From: an uncultured Candidatus Saccharibacteria bacterium
Lineage (GTDB): Bacteria; Patescibacteriota; Minisyncoccia; Phycocordibacterales; DATDWN01
Assembly (NCBI GenBank): GCA_964424295.1
Contig: CAYRHZ010000001.1
Span: forward strand, 1-44,439
Length of the DNA stretch: 44,439 bases
Direction of reading: 5' to 3'
Both the position numbers and the translations under genes were made by a program. Shown piece by piece: positions 16,910-24,585 of the stretch. Positions within the stretch are counted from its first letter, which is position 1; each line of letters starts with the position of its first letter. The notes under the pieces are model-generated. The model was not told the origin of the DNA and did no database searches. It saw only the letters and a program-made list of their open reading frames with translations.

Positions 16910-17521
16910 ATGGATAACACACAGAAACTCATTGAACTATTCAAAGAATTCCCCGGAATCGGGCCACGACAAGCAAAGCGTTTTGTGTATTTTTTACTAA
17001 ACAAAAACCCTAGTTACTCGAGTGACCTTTCATCACTTATAAAAGAAGTTCGTTCAACCGTTCACTCTTGCGATACTTGTTTCAGGTTTTTCCCAAACGG
17101 AACAAGTTCGACCTGTCCTATTTGCCGAGACTCTACGCGCGACAAGAAACAACTAATGATTGTTTCAAATGACGTCGATTTTGAAAATATAGAGAAAACA
17201 AAATTCTATGGAGGTTATTATTTTATTCTCGGTGGCTCAGTACCAATTCTTGAAAAGAATCCTGATAAAAAAATAAGACAAAAAGAACTATTGGAAGGAG
17301 TGGATAAAAAGATAAAAAATGGTTTATCAGAAATAATTATCGCCTTAAACTATAACCCTGAAGGAGAAAATACCTTATCCTACCTTGTTGAAATACTATC
17401 GAAACATGCCCAAGAAAGTAATATAAAGATCTCGACATTAGGCCGGGGACTCTCAACCGGAACAGAGCTTGAATACTCTGATGGAGATACTATTAAAAAC
17501 GCTTTAAAAAACCGACAGTAA
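16910..17521 (+). CDS. recR: recombination protein RecR
   Basis: LIELFKEFPGIGPRQAKRFVYFLL (HhH), a C4 zinc finger (CDTC…CPIC) and a Toprim-like C-terminus. Confidence 0.93.
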   Translation: MDNTQKLIELFKEFPGIGPRQAKRFVYFLLNKNPSYSSDLSSLIKEVRSTVHSCDTCFRFFPNGTSSTCPICRDSTRDKKQLMIVSNDVDFENIEKTKFYGGYYFILGGSVPILEKNPDKKIRQKELLEGVDKKIKNGLSEIIIALNYNPEGENTLSYLVEILSKHAQESNIKISTLGRGLSTGTELEYSDGDTIKNALKNRQ

Positions 17522-17532
17522 AACTTTCAAAT

Positions 17533-17560
17533 TTGATTAAAATCTTAAATGTGGTAGTAT
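17533..17560 (+). promoter_or_regulatory. promoter TTGATT-16-(TGg)TAGTAT for the GC-rich RNA locus
   Basis: -35 at 17533-17538 and -10 at 17555-17560, with an extended -10 TG at 17552-17553. Confidence 0.5.
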
Positions 17561-17566
17561 CATCTA

Positions 17567-17868
17567 CAGAAGTTGGTTCTGTGCATAAGTTAACAAACTC
17601 TTGTTATTTTATTCACGGAACCAGCTGGGGTTTCTGCGACGGGGACTCCCTACCCGTCTGAGCTTGGCTGGGGGCAGACAAGCTCGCAGAAACAAGCTGC
17701 AGTACTTAGCGCAGTTTGAGAAGGGGTCGCTCAGGGCCCCCTGAGAGCTTGGCTCTCGACTCACTGGCTGTGTTCCGTGCCTTATATCAACATGAAGCTG
17801 GGAAACCAGCAAAGAGCCAGACTGAGGGTGACCTCCCTTGAAACAGTCTGGCTTTTTCCTTTTATGTA
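17567..17868 (+). ncRNA. unclassified structured RNA (about 300 nt), GC-rich
   Basis: No credible ORF. Long-range helix 17614-17628 / 17764-17779 (8+7 bp, including U-G and G-U pairs valid only on the plus strand). Nested 9-bp helix 17631-17639 / 17684-17692. Several local hairpins, including GCUGG-GAAA-CCAGC (17807-17820). A 10-bp terminator stem 17825-17834 / 17854-17863 is followed by U-run UUUU. The ends are approximate. Confidence 0.6.
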
Positions 17869-17877
17869 AAAAAACAA

Positions 17878-17902
17878 CCTCCGGATGGAGGTCATTTTTT
17901 AT
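17878..17902 (-). terminator. rplU intrinsic terminator
   Basis: The minus-strand RNA reads UGA-CCUCC-AUCC-GGAGG-UUGUUUUUUU. Confidence 0.8.
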
Positions 17903-18219
17903 TATTTTATGCTATCAATAGTTACCTTAAACCAAGGTTGCCGATGTCCATTTTTCTTGAAATATCTAGATTTTTGTTTGTATTTTATAACCTCAACTGT
18001 TTTGTTTCTTCCAATCTCTTTTAGAGTTCCCTCTACTTTTGATGTTGCAATGTAAGGAGTGCCAATATTAGTGTCTTTTCCGCCATCAACAAGCAACACC
18101 TTATCGAAAACAATCTTGTCTCCCACCTTGAAAACGCCCTTAAATTTTTCAATTTTAACGACATCTCCCTTAGAGACCTTGTATTGCTTTCCGCCTGTAG
18201 CGATTACTGCGAATTCCAT
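17902..18219 (-). CDS. rplU: 50S ribosomal protein L21
   Basis: MEFAVIATGGKQYKVSKGDVVKIEK is a canonical L21 start. Confidence 0.93.
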   Translation of the reverse strand: MEFAVIATGGKQYKVSKGDVVKIEKFKGVFKVGDKIVFDKVLLVDGGKDTNIGTPYIATSKVEGTLKEIGRNKTVEVIKYKQKSRYFKKNGHRQPWFKVTIDSIK

Positions 18220-18275
18220 AGTCCCAATATACTATCGAAAAAGCCCTAAAAATGCAAGGGTTGGCCCTATTTAAG

Positions 18276-19328
18276 CTATTCCTCTTCAGGTTTATCTATG
18301 AGAGCAGGTTCAAAATCTAATGACTCCCCACTTATGCGCATTACATCCTTGTCTATCTTCTTAAACTCCTTACTTGAGGCGTTAAAATGGTTTACAACTG
18401 TACCGAGCGATGCCCCTAACTTGTTGTGATAATCCTCATACTTTTTCATATGCACGCCGATTTCCCCTACTCTTTTTATAATGTCTTTTGTTGTTTCCTC
18501 TATCTGCATAGCTTTCAAACCTTGCAAAACAGTTTGTAAGTACGCCAAAAAAGATGTTGGGGAAACGATAATAACTTTGTACTTTCCTGCTGCCCTCTGG
18601 ATAAGGTTTTCTGTATCTTCTACCAGAGCGCCGATTTTGTTTATAAGTAAATCATAGTAAATAGCTTCGTGTGGGATAAACATAAAAGCAAAGTCCATAG
18701 TGCCTTCTTCTGGTCGAATATACTTTGCTGTTTCAGTGATACGAAGTTTTAGATCATTTACGAAAAGCTTTTCCAAACGCTCTTTCTCAGTTTTATCCGA
18801 CGTCTCTATCATTCTGTTGTAGTTCTCCAAAGAAAACTTTGAATCAACAGGGATGATTTTATCTTTTACAAAAACTACACAATCCACTATTTCTCCATTT
18901 TTAAAAGCATATTGCATTTGATACTGACTTGGTGCTAAAACATTCTTCAAAAGAGTCTCTAAATAGTATTCACCTAATATTCCTCTCTGTTTTGGGTTTT
19001 TCAAAATATCCTGCAGGTTTTGCAACTGGTCTGCAAAAGAAACTACTTGTCTGTTTGTCTCGTCGAGCTTAGTTAGTCCTATAGTCACTTCACGTATAAG
19101 GTTTGCAGACTCTCCTAGTTGATGCCTTACGGAGTCGTTCATTTGTTTTGTGCTCTCTCCTATTTTAGAATCCACAACACGAGAAAGCTCATTCATTTGC
19201 TGAAGAATAAGCTTTAGCCCACTATCAAAATTATTCGCATCAGTAGCTTGTTTTGGTCGCATAAACATTGCTACACCAAACCCCACCACAAGAGCTAGAA
19301 GTATCAAAATTATAGTTGTTGGCTCCAT
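18276..19328 (-). CDS. rmuC: DNA recombination protein RmuC
   Basis: TM anchor, coiled coil and RmuC nuclease-like C-terminus (…MFIPHEAIYYDL…VIIVSPTSFLAYLQTV…). Trimmed to MEPTTIILILL (ATG at 19328); nearby alternative starts are possible. Confidence 0.85.
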   Translation of the reverse strand: MEPTTIILILLALVVGFGVAMFMRPKQATDANNFDSGLKLILQQMNELSRVVDSKIGESTKQMNDSVRHQLGESANLIREVTIGLTKLDETNRQVVSFADQLQNLQDILKNPKQRGILGEYYLETLLKNVLAPSQYQMQYAFKNGEIVDCVVFVKDKIIPVDSKFSLENYNRMIETSDKTEKERLEKLFVNDLKLRITETAKYIRPEEGTMDFAFMFIPHEAIYYDLLINKIGALVEDTENLIQRAAGKYKVIIVSPTSFLAYLQTVLQGLKAMQIEETTKDIIKRVGEIGVHMKKYEDYHNKLGASLGTVVNHFNASSKEFKKIDKDVMRISGESLDFEPALIDKPEEE

Positions 19329-19396
19329 TCCCCTCATTCTACCAAAATAATACTGGTTGTGGTAATCTTTATTCATTATTCTATATTCAATATTCC

Positions 19397-19852
19397 ATGA
19401 GTCTACAAACACAAATCAAAGACGAGATAAAACAAGCAATGATTAGCAAAGATGCCGTAAAACTAGCCGTTGTTCGAAGCCTAGTTGCATCATTTACAAA
19501 CGAATTGGTAAAACTTGGTAAAATGCCACAAGACGAACTTTCTGACGAAGAAGCTCTTGGTGTAATTCGTCGAGCGGTTAAACAAAGAAAGGATTCTATA
19601 GAGCAGTTCACAAACGGAGGACGACCAGAGCTTGCAGAACCTGAACAAGCAGAACTAGCAGTACTTGAAACTTACCTGCCTCAAATGATGTCAGAAGAAG
19701 AAGTTTTGGCATTTGCCCAAGCAAAAATGTCCGAGATGGGAGAAGTGGATAAATCTAAAGCGGGACAATTTATGGGAACTTTAATGAAAGACCTGAAAGG
19801 CAAAGCTGATGGAGACGTAGTCAAAGCAGTGGTTGACAAGCTACTACAGTAA
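19397..19852 (+). CDS. GatB/YqeY domain protein
   Basis: MSLQTQIKDEIKQAMISKDAVKLAVVRSLVASFTNE is typical of the YqeY family. Trimmed to the ATG at 19397. Confidence 0.85.
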   Translation: MSLQTQIKDEIKQAMISKDAVKLAVVRSLVASFTNELVKLGKMPQDELSDEEALGVIRRAVKQRKDSIEQFTNGGRPELAEPEQAELAVLETYLPQMMSEEEVLAFAQAKMSEMGEVDKSKAGQFMGTLMKDLKGKADGDVVKAVVDKLLQ

Positions 19853-19870
19853 GATAACTATCTTAAGAAA

Positions 19871-19899
19871 AGGCGTGCAATGCACTCCTTTTCTTTTCT
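19871..19899 (+). terminator. terminator after the yqeY-like gene
   Basis: AGGCGTGC-aat-GCACTCCT hairpin (one mismatch) followed by TTTCTTTTCT, with an A-rich run upstream. Confidence 0.6.
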
Positions 19900-19924
19900 C
19901 CCCAAAATAGTGTGGATAACACAC

Positions 19925-19953
19925 TTGACTTTTGTATAGTATAGTAGTATAAT
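19925..19953 (+). promoter_or_regulatory. consensus promoter TTGACT-17-TATAAT for the GC-rich 80-aa ORF
   Basis: -35 at 19925-19930 and -10 at 19948-19953. Inverted repeat AGTGTG-gataa-CACACT immediately upstream (19909-19925). Confidence 0.6.
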
Positions 19954-19977
19954 TCTCAGCAGAAAGTGAGGTTGTTG

Positions 19978-20220
19978 ATGGATACTATGCCAGTCATGGT
20001 GGAGCAAGTCAGGGCACGTTACAAAGCCCTGAAAGATGCCCACCCGGGCAAACCAGTCGACTTCCCTGCTGTATTAAGAGAAGTCGTAAGCGGAAACGGT
20101 TTCCGCGGAGAAGACTTCGGAAGGAAGGTCAAGGAGCTGTCCGCGGCGTACGCGACAGACAAAAAGAAAAGGCAAAGAGCGCTTTGGAATAGAAATTGGG
20201 GCCGAACGGCTCCACAGTAA
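19978..20220 (+). CDS. hypothetical small protein (80 aa), GC-rich orphan
   Basis: ATG at 19978 with GAGG at 19968-19971. The sequence is MDTMPVMVEQVRARYKALKDAHPGKPVDFPAVLREVVSGNGFRGEDFGRKVKELSAAYATDKKKRQRALWNRNWGRTAPQ. No family recognised. Confidence 0.55.
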   Translation: MDTMPVMVEQVRARYKALKDAHPGKPVDFPAVLREVVSGNGFRGEDFGRKVKELSAAYATDKKKRQRALWNRNWGRTAPQ

Positions 20221-20228
20221 CCCGTCAC

Positions 20229-20264
20229 GGGCCCAGCACAGATGTTGCCGGGCCCTATCGTTTT
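20229..20264 (+). terminator. possible GC-rich hairpin terminator after the 80-aa ORF
   Basis: GGGCCC (20229-20234) pairs with GGGCCC (20250-20255) around a long loop, followed by TATCGTTTT. Confidence 0.3.
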
Positions 20265-20286
20265 GTAAAAATTATTTTTATACTAA

Positions 20287-23028
20287 CTACTTCTTATACT
20301 TCGCTAAAATCTCTGCTTCAATCTCTGCTCTATCTCCTCCATACGTCAAATACGAAAGTTGTTTCAAATTTTCAGCAATAGCAGTATTGCCAGCCGGAGG
20401 AAATGACTCTTTTATGTTAAAAGCTTTTTGCGGTCTACCTCCTACCAACATTTTCACATACGCATTCAAGTTATCTATTCCCATAATATCTTTTGCTGTA
20501 AATACTGGAGAAAATTGTTTTTCCAAAAATTCTGCGTCTTCGGACGAAACTCTGAAAGAAACCATGGAACCTACGTTTCCGAAAACTGCATCACGAATCT
20601 TGTCTTGTAGTTGCGCAATAAACTGATGGGCAACATTTAGAGAAAGTTTGTACTTTCTTGCCTCTGACAAAATAGTAGAAATAGAATCAGTTGTAATATT
20701 CTGGAATTCATCAATATACAAGTAAAAAGGTGGGAAATCCTTGCCAACTAGATCTACTCTGGAAAGAGCTGCCATAAGTATTTTTCCAACAAGAATAAGA
20801 CCGATGAGGTTTGCGTTTATGTCTCCCAGTCTTCCTTTTGAAAGATTCACGAGAAGTATTTTTTTGTCGTCCATTATCTTTCTAAAGTCAAAGGAAGATT
20901 TTTCTTGCGCAATGATGGGACGCATTATGTCGTTTGCCAAAAATACATCAAACTTTGATGTAATGTACGGCACTATATTTGCGAGGCTTGCCTCCCCACC
21001 TGCTTTTTCTGCAATTTCTTTCCAGAACTGAACAACTACAGGGTTTTTACAGTTAGCAATTTTCAGATCTCGAAAAGCCTTGTTGGTCATCACCCGACTA
21101 ACATCTAGCAATGTGCATCCAGTATCAGGATCTTCAATAACAAGCATTGTTGCGTTTCTAAAGTATTGTTCAAACATTGGTCCCAGAGACTCTGGTACTC
21201 CTCCATAAAGCTTTTGGAAAATACTAAAAAGCTCATTAACAACAAAAGTTTTCTGCTCTGGCTTGGACCTATCATACTCGAGCATATTTAGTGCCATAGG
21301 TCTCTCTGTGTGGCTTGGGTCAAAATAAATAACATCTTTAAATCTTTCCTTTGGAATATTGGCCAAAATACTTTCTATGTCTGTTCCGTGTGGGTCAATA
21401 AAACAGCAACCGTTCCCCCTTTTAATATCTTGAATAATTAAGTTTTTCAAAAAAACAGTCTTTCCTGTTCCCGTCTGTCCTATCACGTAAAGGTGTCGCA
21501 ACCTGTCTTCATCCTGCATGTATATTGGAGTCTCAACATTTCGAAAATTATTTACTCCCAAAAGTGTGCCTTCCCTGCCCATATCGGCTGGAGCAGGTGC
21601 AGAAATAGCTTGAGACTGTTTTAGTTGAGGAGTCGCATTAAGTGCGGCATTTTGAAAATGCATCATTGTTGTGATCTCGTGTAGGTTCAAAGGTAGCACT
21701 TCCTCTTCATTGTAGTTTCTAAAAGAATAATCTCTGAACATTTTCTGCAACTTTGCCTTCTCAAGCCTCTTTGGCTTAAGCCCGTTTGCATTTGTGTCTG
21801 TAAATTGATTAAAACCAGATTCCATTGTTTGCAATATTTTTTCAGCTTCAAGTCTACTTTTAGCAGAAGCAATAAGACGTATATTTGTAGCGACAATAGA
21901 ACTCCCTAATTTTTGTTTGATCTTTCCAATAGCCTCAGTGTCTATTGGTTTTTTATCTTCACCTTCCTTTGGTGCTGACCTAAAGAAAGATTTTAGTTCT
22001 TTGCCAAAACCGCCCGCTATTGTGCTTGGAATATCTATAGCGTCTTTGACTGCCTTACCTTTTTCTATCTGCTCTATCGCGTACTTGTAGTTATCCATAA
22101 AGTAGTTTCCCTTAGGAGCAAAAACTATTTGCATTCCAGCACCCTCACCATCTTTTTGTATTTTAGAAAAGCTATTTAGTATCACGTTCATTGGGTCGTG
22201 GTCAAAATTCTCGTATGTTTTCAGTTGGTATATTGGGTTTATAGTTGACTCTAGGTAAGACCCGACTGAAACCCCATCAGTATTAAAAATATTATAATCA
22301 GAAGAAACCTCTGTCAGAACAGCATTGTGAAAAACAGAGATCATCTGCTTTTCAAAAAGAGTTTTGTGAGCGTTAGGCACTGCTACATAGAAAATAAACT
22401 GCTCACTACCGTTTGAATTTGCAATTTCAAGTACAAGATAATTCTTCTTGTAGTCTGAACTACTATCTTTGGAAACAATAGAAAGCATTCCAGACAAGAA
22501 CTGCTCCATACTCGAAATAAGTTCCTTTAGAGGTTTATTTTTTTCTGTGTCATTTTTTCCTTCTGGCAAAACCACTTCATACAGAGCCATATCAAGCCCT
22601 CTAAATTCCTCTGTAGAGATATTCACGCCTTTTGCCTCATACCCCTGTTTCAAATACTGCACAAGGAAACGATGAAAATCATCTTCTAGATGGGGGTCAT
22701 TCAGGTTATATAAAACCGATAGCGCATTTTTAATACCCTTTGCTTTCAAAATATTCAAAAGTTCTTCCACTTTGTCATCATGAGTTTCAGGTTCTAGATT
22801 TAGAGAAATAGACTCCATATCCACCTTGGATAAAGCTAGGGTGTCATGTAGCACTTCTTTTTGTAAAACACTGCTGTATTCCTCTATTTCCTTTTGAACA
22901 ACATCATCAATTTTATAATCCGCCTTGCTTTCACGAAGATGTCTTTCTGTTCTAGATATTTGTTCTCGAAGGAAAGCAATTTCTTCTTCGGGTGTACTAA
23001 ATTTCAAATTGGGAGTTTTCTCCATCAC
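20287..23028 (-). CDS. large P-loop ATPase, TraD/VirD4/HerA-like C-terminal half with an unassigned ~480-aa N-terminal region
   Basis: Walker A GQTGTGKT, FIDPHG, and Walker B-like FYLYIDEFQN in the C-terminal half. The N-terminal half has no motif I recognise. No obvious TM segments. Confidence 0.7.
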   Translation of the reverse strand: MMEKTPNLKFSTPEEEIAFLREQISRTERHLRESKADYKIDDVVQKEIEEYSSVLQKEVLHDTLALSKVDMESISLNLEPETHDDKVEELLNILKAKGIKNALSVLYNLNDPHLEDDFHRFLVQYLKQGYEAKGVNISTEEFRGLDMALYEVVLPEGKNDTEKNKPLKELISSMEQFLSGMLSIVSKDSSSDYKKNYLVLEIANSNGSEQFIFYVAVPNAHKTLFEKQMISVFHNAVLTEVSSDYNIFNTDGVSVGSYLESTINPIYQLKTYENFDHDPMNVILNSFSKIQKDGEGAGMQIVFAPKGNYFMDNYKYAIEQIEKGKAVKDAIDIPSTIAGGFGKELKSFFRSAPKEGEDKKPIDTEAIGKIKQKLGSSIVATNIRLIASAKSRLEAEKILQTMESGFNQFTDTNANGLKPKRLEKAKLQKMFRDYSFRNYNEEEVLPLNLHEITTMMHFQNAALNATPQLKQSQAISAPAPADMGREGTLLGVNNFRNVETPIYMQDEDRLRHLYVIGQTGTGKTVFLKNLIIQDIKRGNGCCFIDPHGTDIESILANIPKERFKDVIYFDPSHTERPMALNMLEYDRSKPEQKTFVVNELFSIFQKLYGGVPESLGPMFEQYFRNATMLVIEDPDTGCTLLDVSRVMTNKAFRDLKIANCKNPVVVQFWKEIAEKAGGEASLANIVPYITSKFDVFLANDIMRPIIAQEKSSFDFRKIMDDKKILLVNLSKGRLGDINANLIGLILVGKILMAALSRVDLVGKDFPPFYLYIDEFQNITTDSISTILSEARKYKLSLNVAHQFIAQLQDKIRDAVFGNVGSMVSFRVSSEDAEFLEKQFSPVFTAKDIMGIDNLNAYVKMLVGGRPQKAFNIKESFPPAGNTAIAENLKQLSYLTYGGDRAEIEAEILAKYKK

Positions 23029-23069
23029 TTAATTATATATAAAGTAAACATTTTTGGAAACGTACAACC

Positions 23070-23669
23070 CTATTTTTTACTCTTATCTGCAACTTTCCAT
23101 AAATACATTGAGGCAACTGTTCTATATGGCCTCCAACTTTTTGAAAGTTTTAACATTTTCTTTTCATCAGGAAGTTTTCTCAAGTTAAAAATCTCTTTAA
23201 ATCCTTTTTGTATTCCCAAATCCCCTGTCGGCATCACATCCATTCTATTTAGTGTAAACATAAGGAACATTTGTGCAGTCCATTTACCTATACCTTTTAC
23301 GGCAACCAAATGCTCTATTACTTCTTCGTCAGATTGTTTATTTATTTTTTTAGAATCAATAGTTCCGTCTGTAAACTTCAAAGCTAAGTCTCTCAGATAA
23401 TTCATTTTTTGCCCCGAAACACCAGAAGATTTGAACTCTTCGTCTTTTAATTTTAATACCAGAGTTTCCTTAGGAATCTTTTTTGGAAACAACAGTATAA
23501 ATTTATTTAAGATAGAGCTAGCAGCTTTTCCAGACAACTGCTGGTAAATAATAGAGCGAACTAAAGCCGAAAAATAGTCTCCCTTCTTTTTTAAAACAGT
23601 CGTTTCAAACTCTACAATAACCTTTCTTAAATACTTATCTTTTTTTAAATGCTTTATTGCATCTTCCAT
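23070..23669 (-). CDS. HhH-GPD DNA glycosylase (AlkA-like 3-methyladenine glycosylase II)
   Basis: IIYQQLSGKAASSI…VKGIGKWTAQMFLMF…PTGDLGIQKG (HhH-GPD with the catalytic Asp region). Confidence 0.8.
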   Translation of the reverse strand: MEDAIKHLKKDKYLRKVIVEFETTVLKKKGDYFSALVRSIIYQQLSGKAASSILNKFILLFPKKIPKETLVLKLKDEEFKSSGVSGQKMNYLRDLALKFTDGTIDSKKINKQSDEEVIEHLVAVKGIGKWTAQMFLMFTLNRMDVMPTGDLGIQKGFKEIFNLRKLPDEKKMLKLSKSWRPYRTVASMYLWKVADKSKK

Positions 23670-23680
23670 TCTATAAAAAA

Positions 23681-24037
23681 TTAAATTAGTCCTCTAAAAT
23701 GGTGCACTAGAACAAAAACACCCACAGCTACAGCACCTAGTCCTCCAAGGAACACAAAAGAAGCAGACATGTCTTTAATTTTTTCAATCACAGGGTCTTC
23801 GTTTGGTTCTATTTTATTACAAATATCCTCAACTATTGTGTTGATTATTTCTAAAACCAGAACCAAAGTAACAGCAAACACAAACAGACTGGCCTCAACA
23901 AAAGTGAATTCAAAAAAGTACACACAGGAAAGAGCGGCTACGGCCACAACCACCTCAATACGAAAATTCAGCTCCTCCTTCCATGTAGTGTGTAGCCCCC
24001 TGAGAGCGTATACAAATGATTTTATTATTCTTAACAT
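23681..24037 (-). CDS. dgkA: diacylglycerol kinase family membrane protein
   Basis: 118-aa protein with three TM segments (MLRIIKSFVYALRGLHTTWKEELNFRIE…EIINTIVEDICN…). Trimmed from the 251-aa track ORF, whose N-terminus is read-through of the GC-rich island. Confidence 0.8.
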   Translation of the reverse strand: MLRIIKSFVYALRGLHTTWKEELNFRIEVVVAVAALSCVYFFEFTFVEASLFVFAVTLVLVLEIINTIVEDICNKIEPNEDPVIEKIKDMSASFVFLGGLGAVAVGVFVLVHHFRGLI

Positions 24038-24070
24038 GAATATCAATATATCATAATTTTGCCAAAGTTT

Positions 24071-24093
24071 TAGCCGGGCACTTTGCCCGGCTA
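24071..24093 (-). terminator. GC-rich hairpin downstream of the 102-aa ORF
   Basis: TAGCCGGGC-acttt-GCCCGGCTA, a 9-bp perfect stem. There is no U-tract on the minus-strand RNA. Confidence 0.4.
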
Positions 24094-24108
24094 GACCTCC
24101 TCCACCGC

Positions 24109-24417
24109 TTATTCTGCGGTGAAATCGGTGAACTGCATCCACATGGGGAAGGGCTCGCCCTCCCACTGTACGCGGATTATGTTGGTGTGTCTCCCTTCTT
24201 CGCCGGCGCGACAGAACTCGACGATCGTCCCAGCCCGACCCTGTTCGATGAGCGGGTACTTGCCGGAAGAGACGACGCCCTGGTGAAGCTCGAGCTTCTT
24301 CGTGTAGACGATGATGGCGTTGATCTTCCCGTCCTTTTCGAGGTATGCGGGACCTCCCGGATCGGGAACAGTCGCTGACTTCGGAACGTGTGCGACGCGA
24401 ATGGACATTCCGGGCAT
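24109..24417 (-). CDS. hypothetical protein (102 aa), strongly GC-rich orphan
   Basis: ATG with AGGAG (plus-strand ctcct at 24424-24428) 6 nt upstream. The sequence is MPGMSIRVAHVPKSATVPDPGGPAYLEKDGKINAIIVYTKKLELHQGVVSSGKYPLIEQGRAGTIVEFCRAGEEGRHTNIIRVQWEGEPFPMWMQFTDFTAE. Hand count gives 39/60 G+C at 24181-24240. Confidence 0.65.
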   Translation of the reverse strand: MPGMSIRVAHVPKSATVPDPGGPAYLEKDGKINAIIVYTKKLELHQGVVSSGKYPLIEQGRAGTIVEFCRAGEEGRHTNIIRVQWEGEPFPMWMQFTDFTAE

Positions 24418-24437
24418 TGGAGGCTCCTCTGCACAAT

Positions 24438-24465
24438 ATTATACCTGAATATCTAGATTAGTCAA
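24438..24465 (-). promoter_or_regulatory. consensus promoter TTGACT-16-TATAAT for the 102-aa ORF
   Basis: On the minus strand the -35 is at 24460-24465 and the -10 at 24438-24443. It lies only 9 nt from the 3' end of tRNA-Glu. Confidence 0.6.
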
Positions 24466-24473
24466 TGTAAATG

Positions 24474-24545
24474 TGACCTTACCGGGAATCGAACCCGGGT
24501 TTAAGCCTTGAGAAGGCTTCGTCCTAGCCGCTAGACGATAAGGCC
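24474..24545 (-). tRNA. tRNA-Glu (anticodon CUC)
   Basis: Hand-folded cloverleaf: acceptor GGCCUUA/UAAGGUC, D stem GUCU/GGAC, anticodon stem AAGCC/GGCUU with loop UUCUCAA, and T arm CCGGG-UUCGAUU-CCCGG. CCA is not encoded. Confidence 0.9.
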
Positions 24546-24585
24546 AATAGAAAATAGAATACAATAAAATTACGAAAATTCAAAA

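Noticed and set aside
17567-17868. Calling the recR-adjacent RNA the SRP (4.5S/scRNA) gene because ffs often neighbours dnaX-recR.
   Set aside because: I could not find the conserved domain IV sequence (…AGGUCCGGAAGGAAGCAGC…) on either strand. The GAAA-capped hairpin at 17807-17820 lacks the flanking symmetric-loop residues. I left the RNA unclassified.
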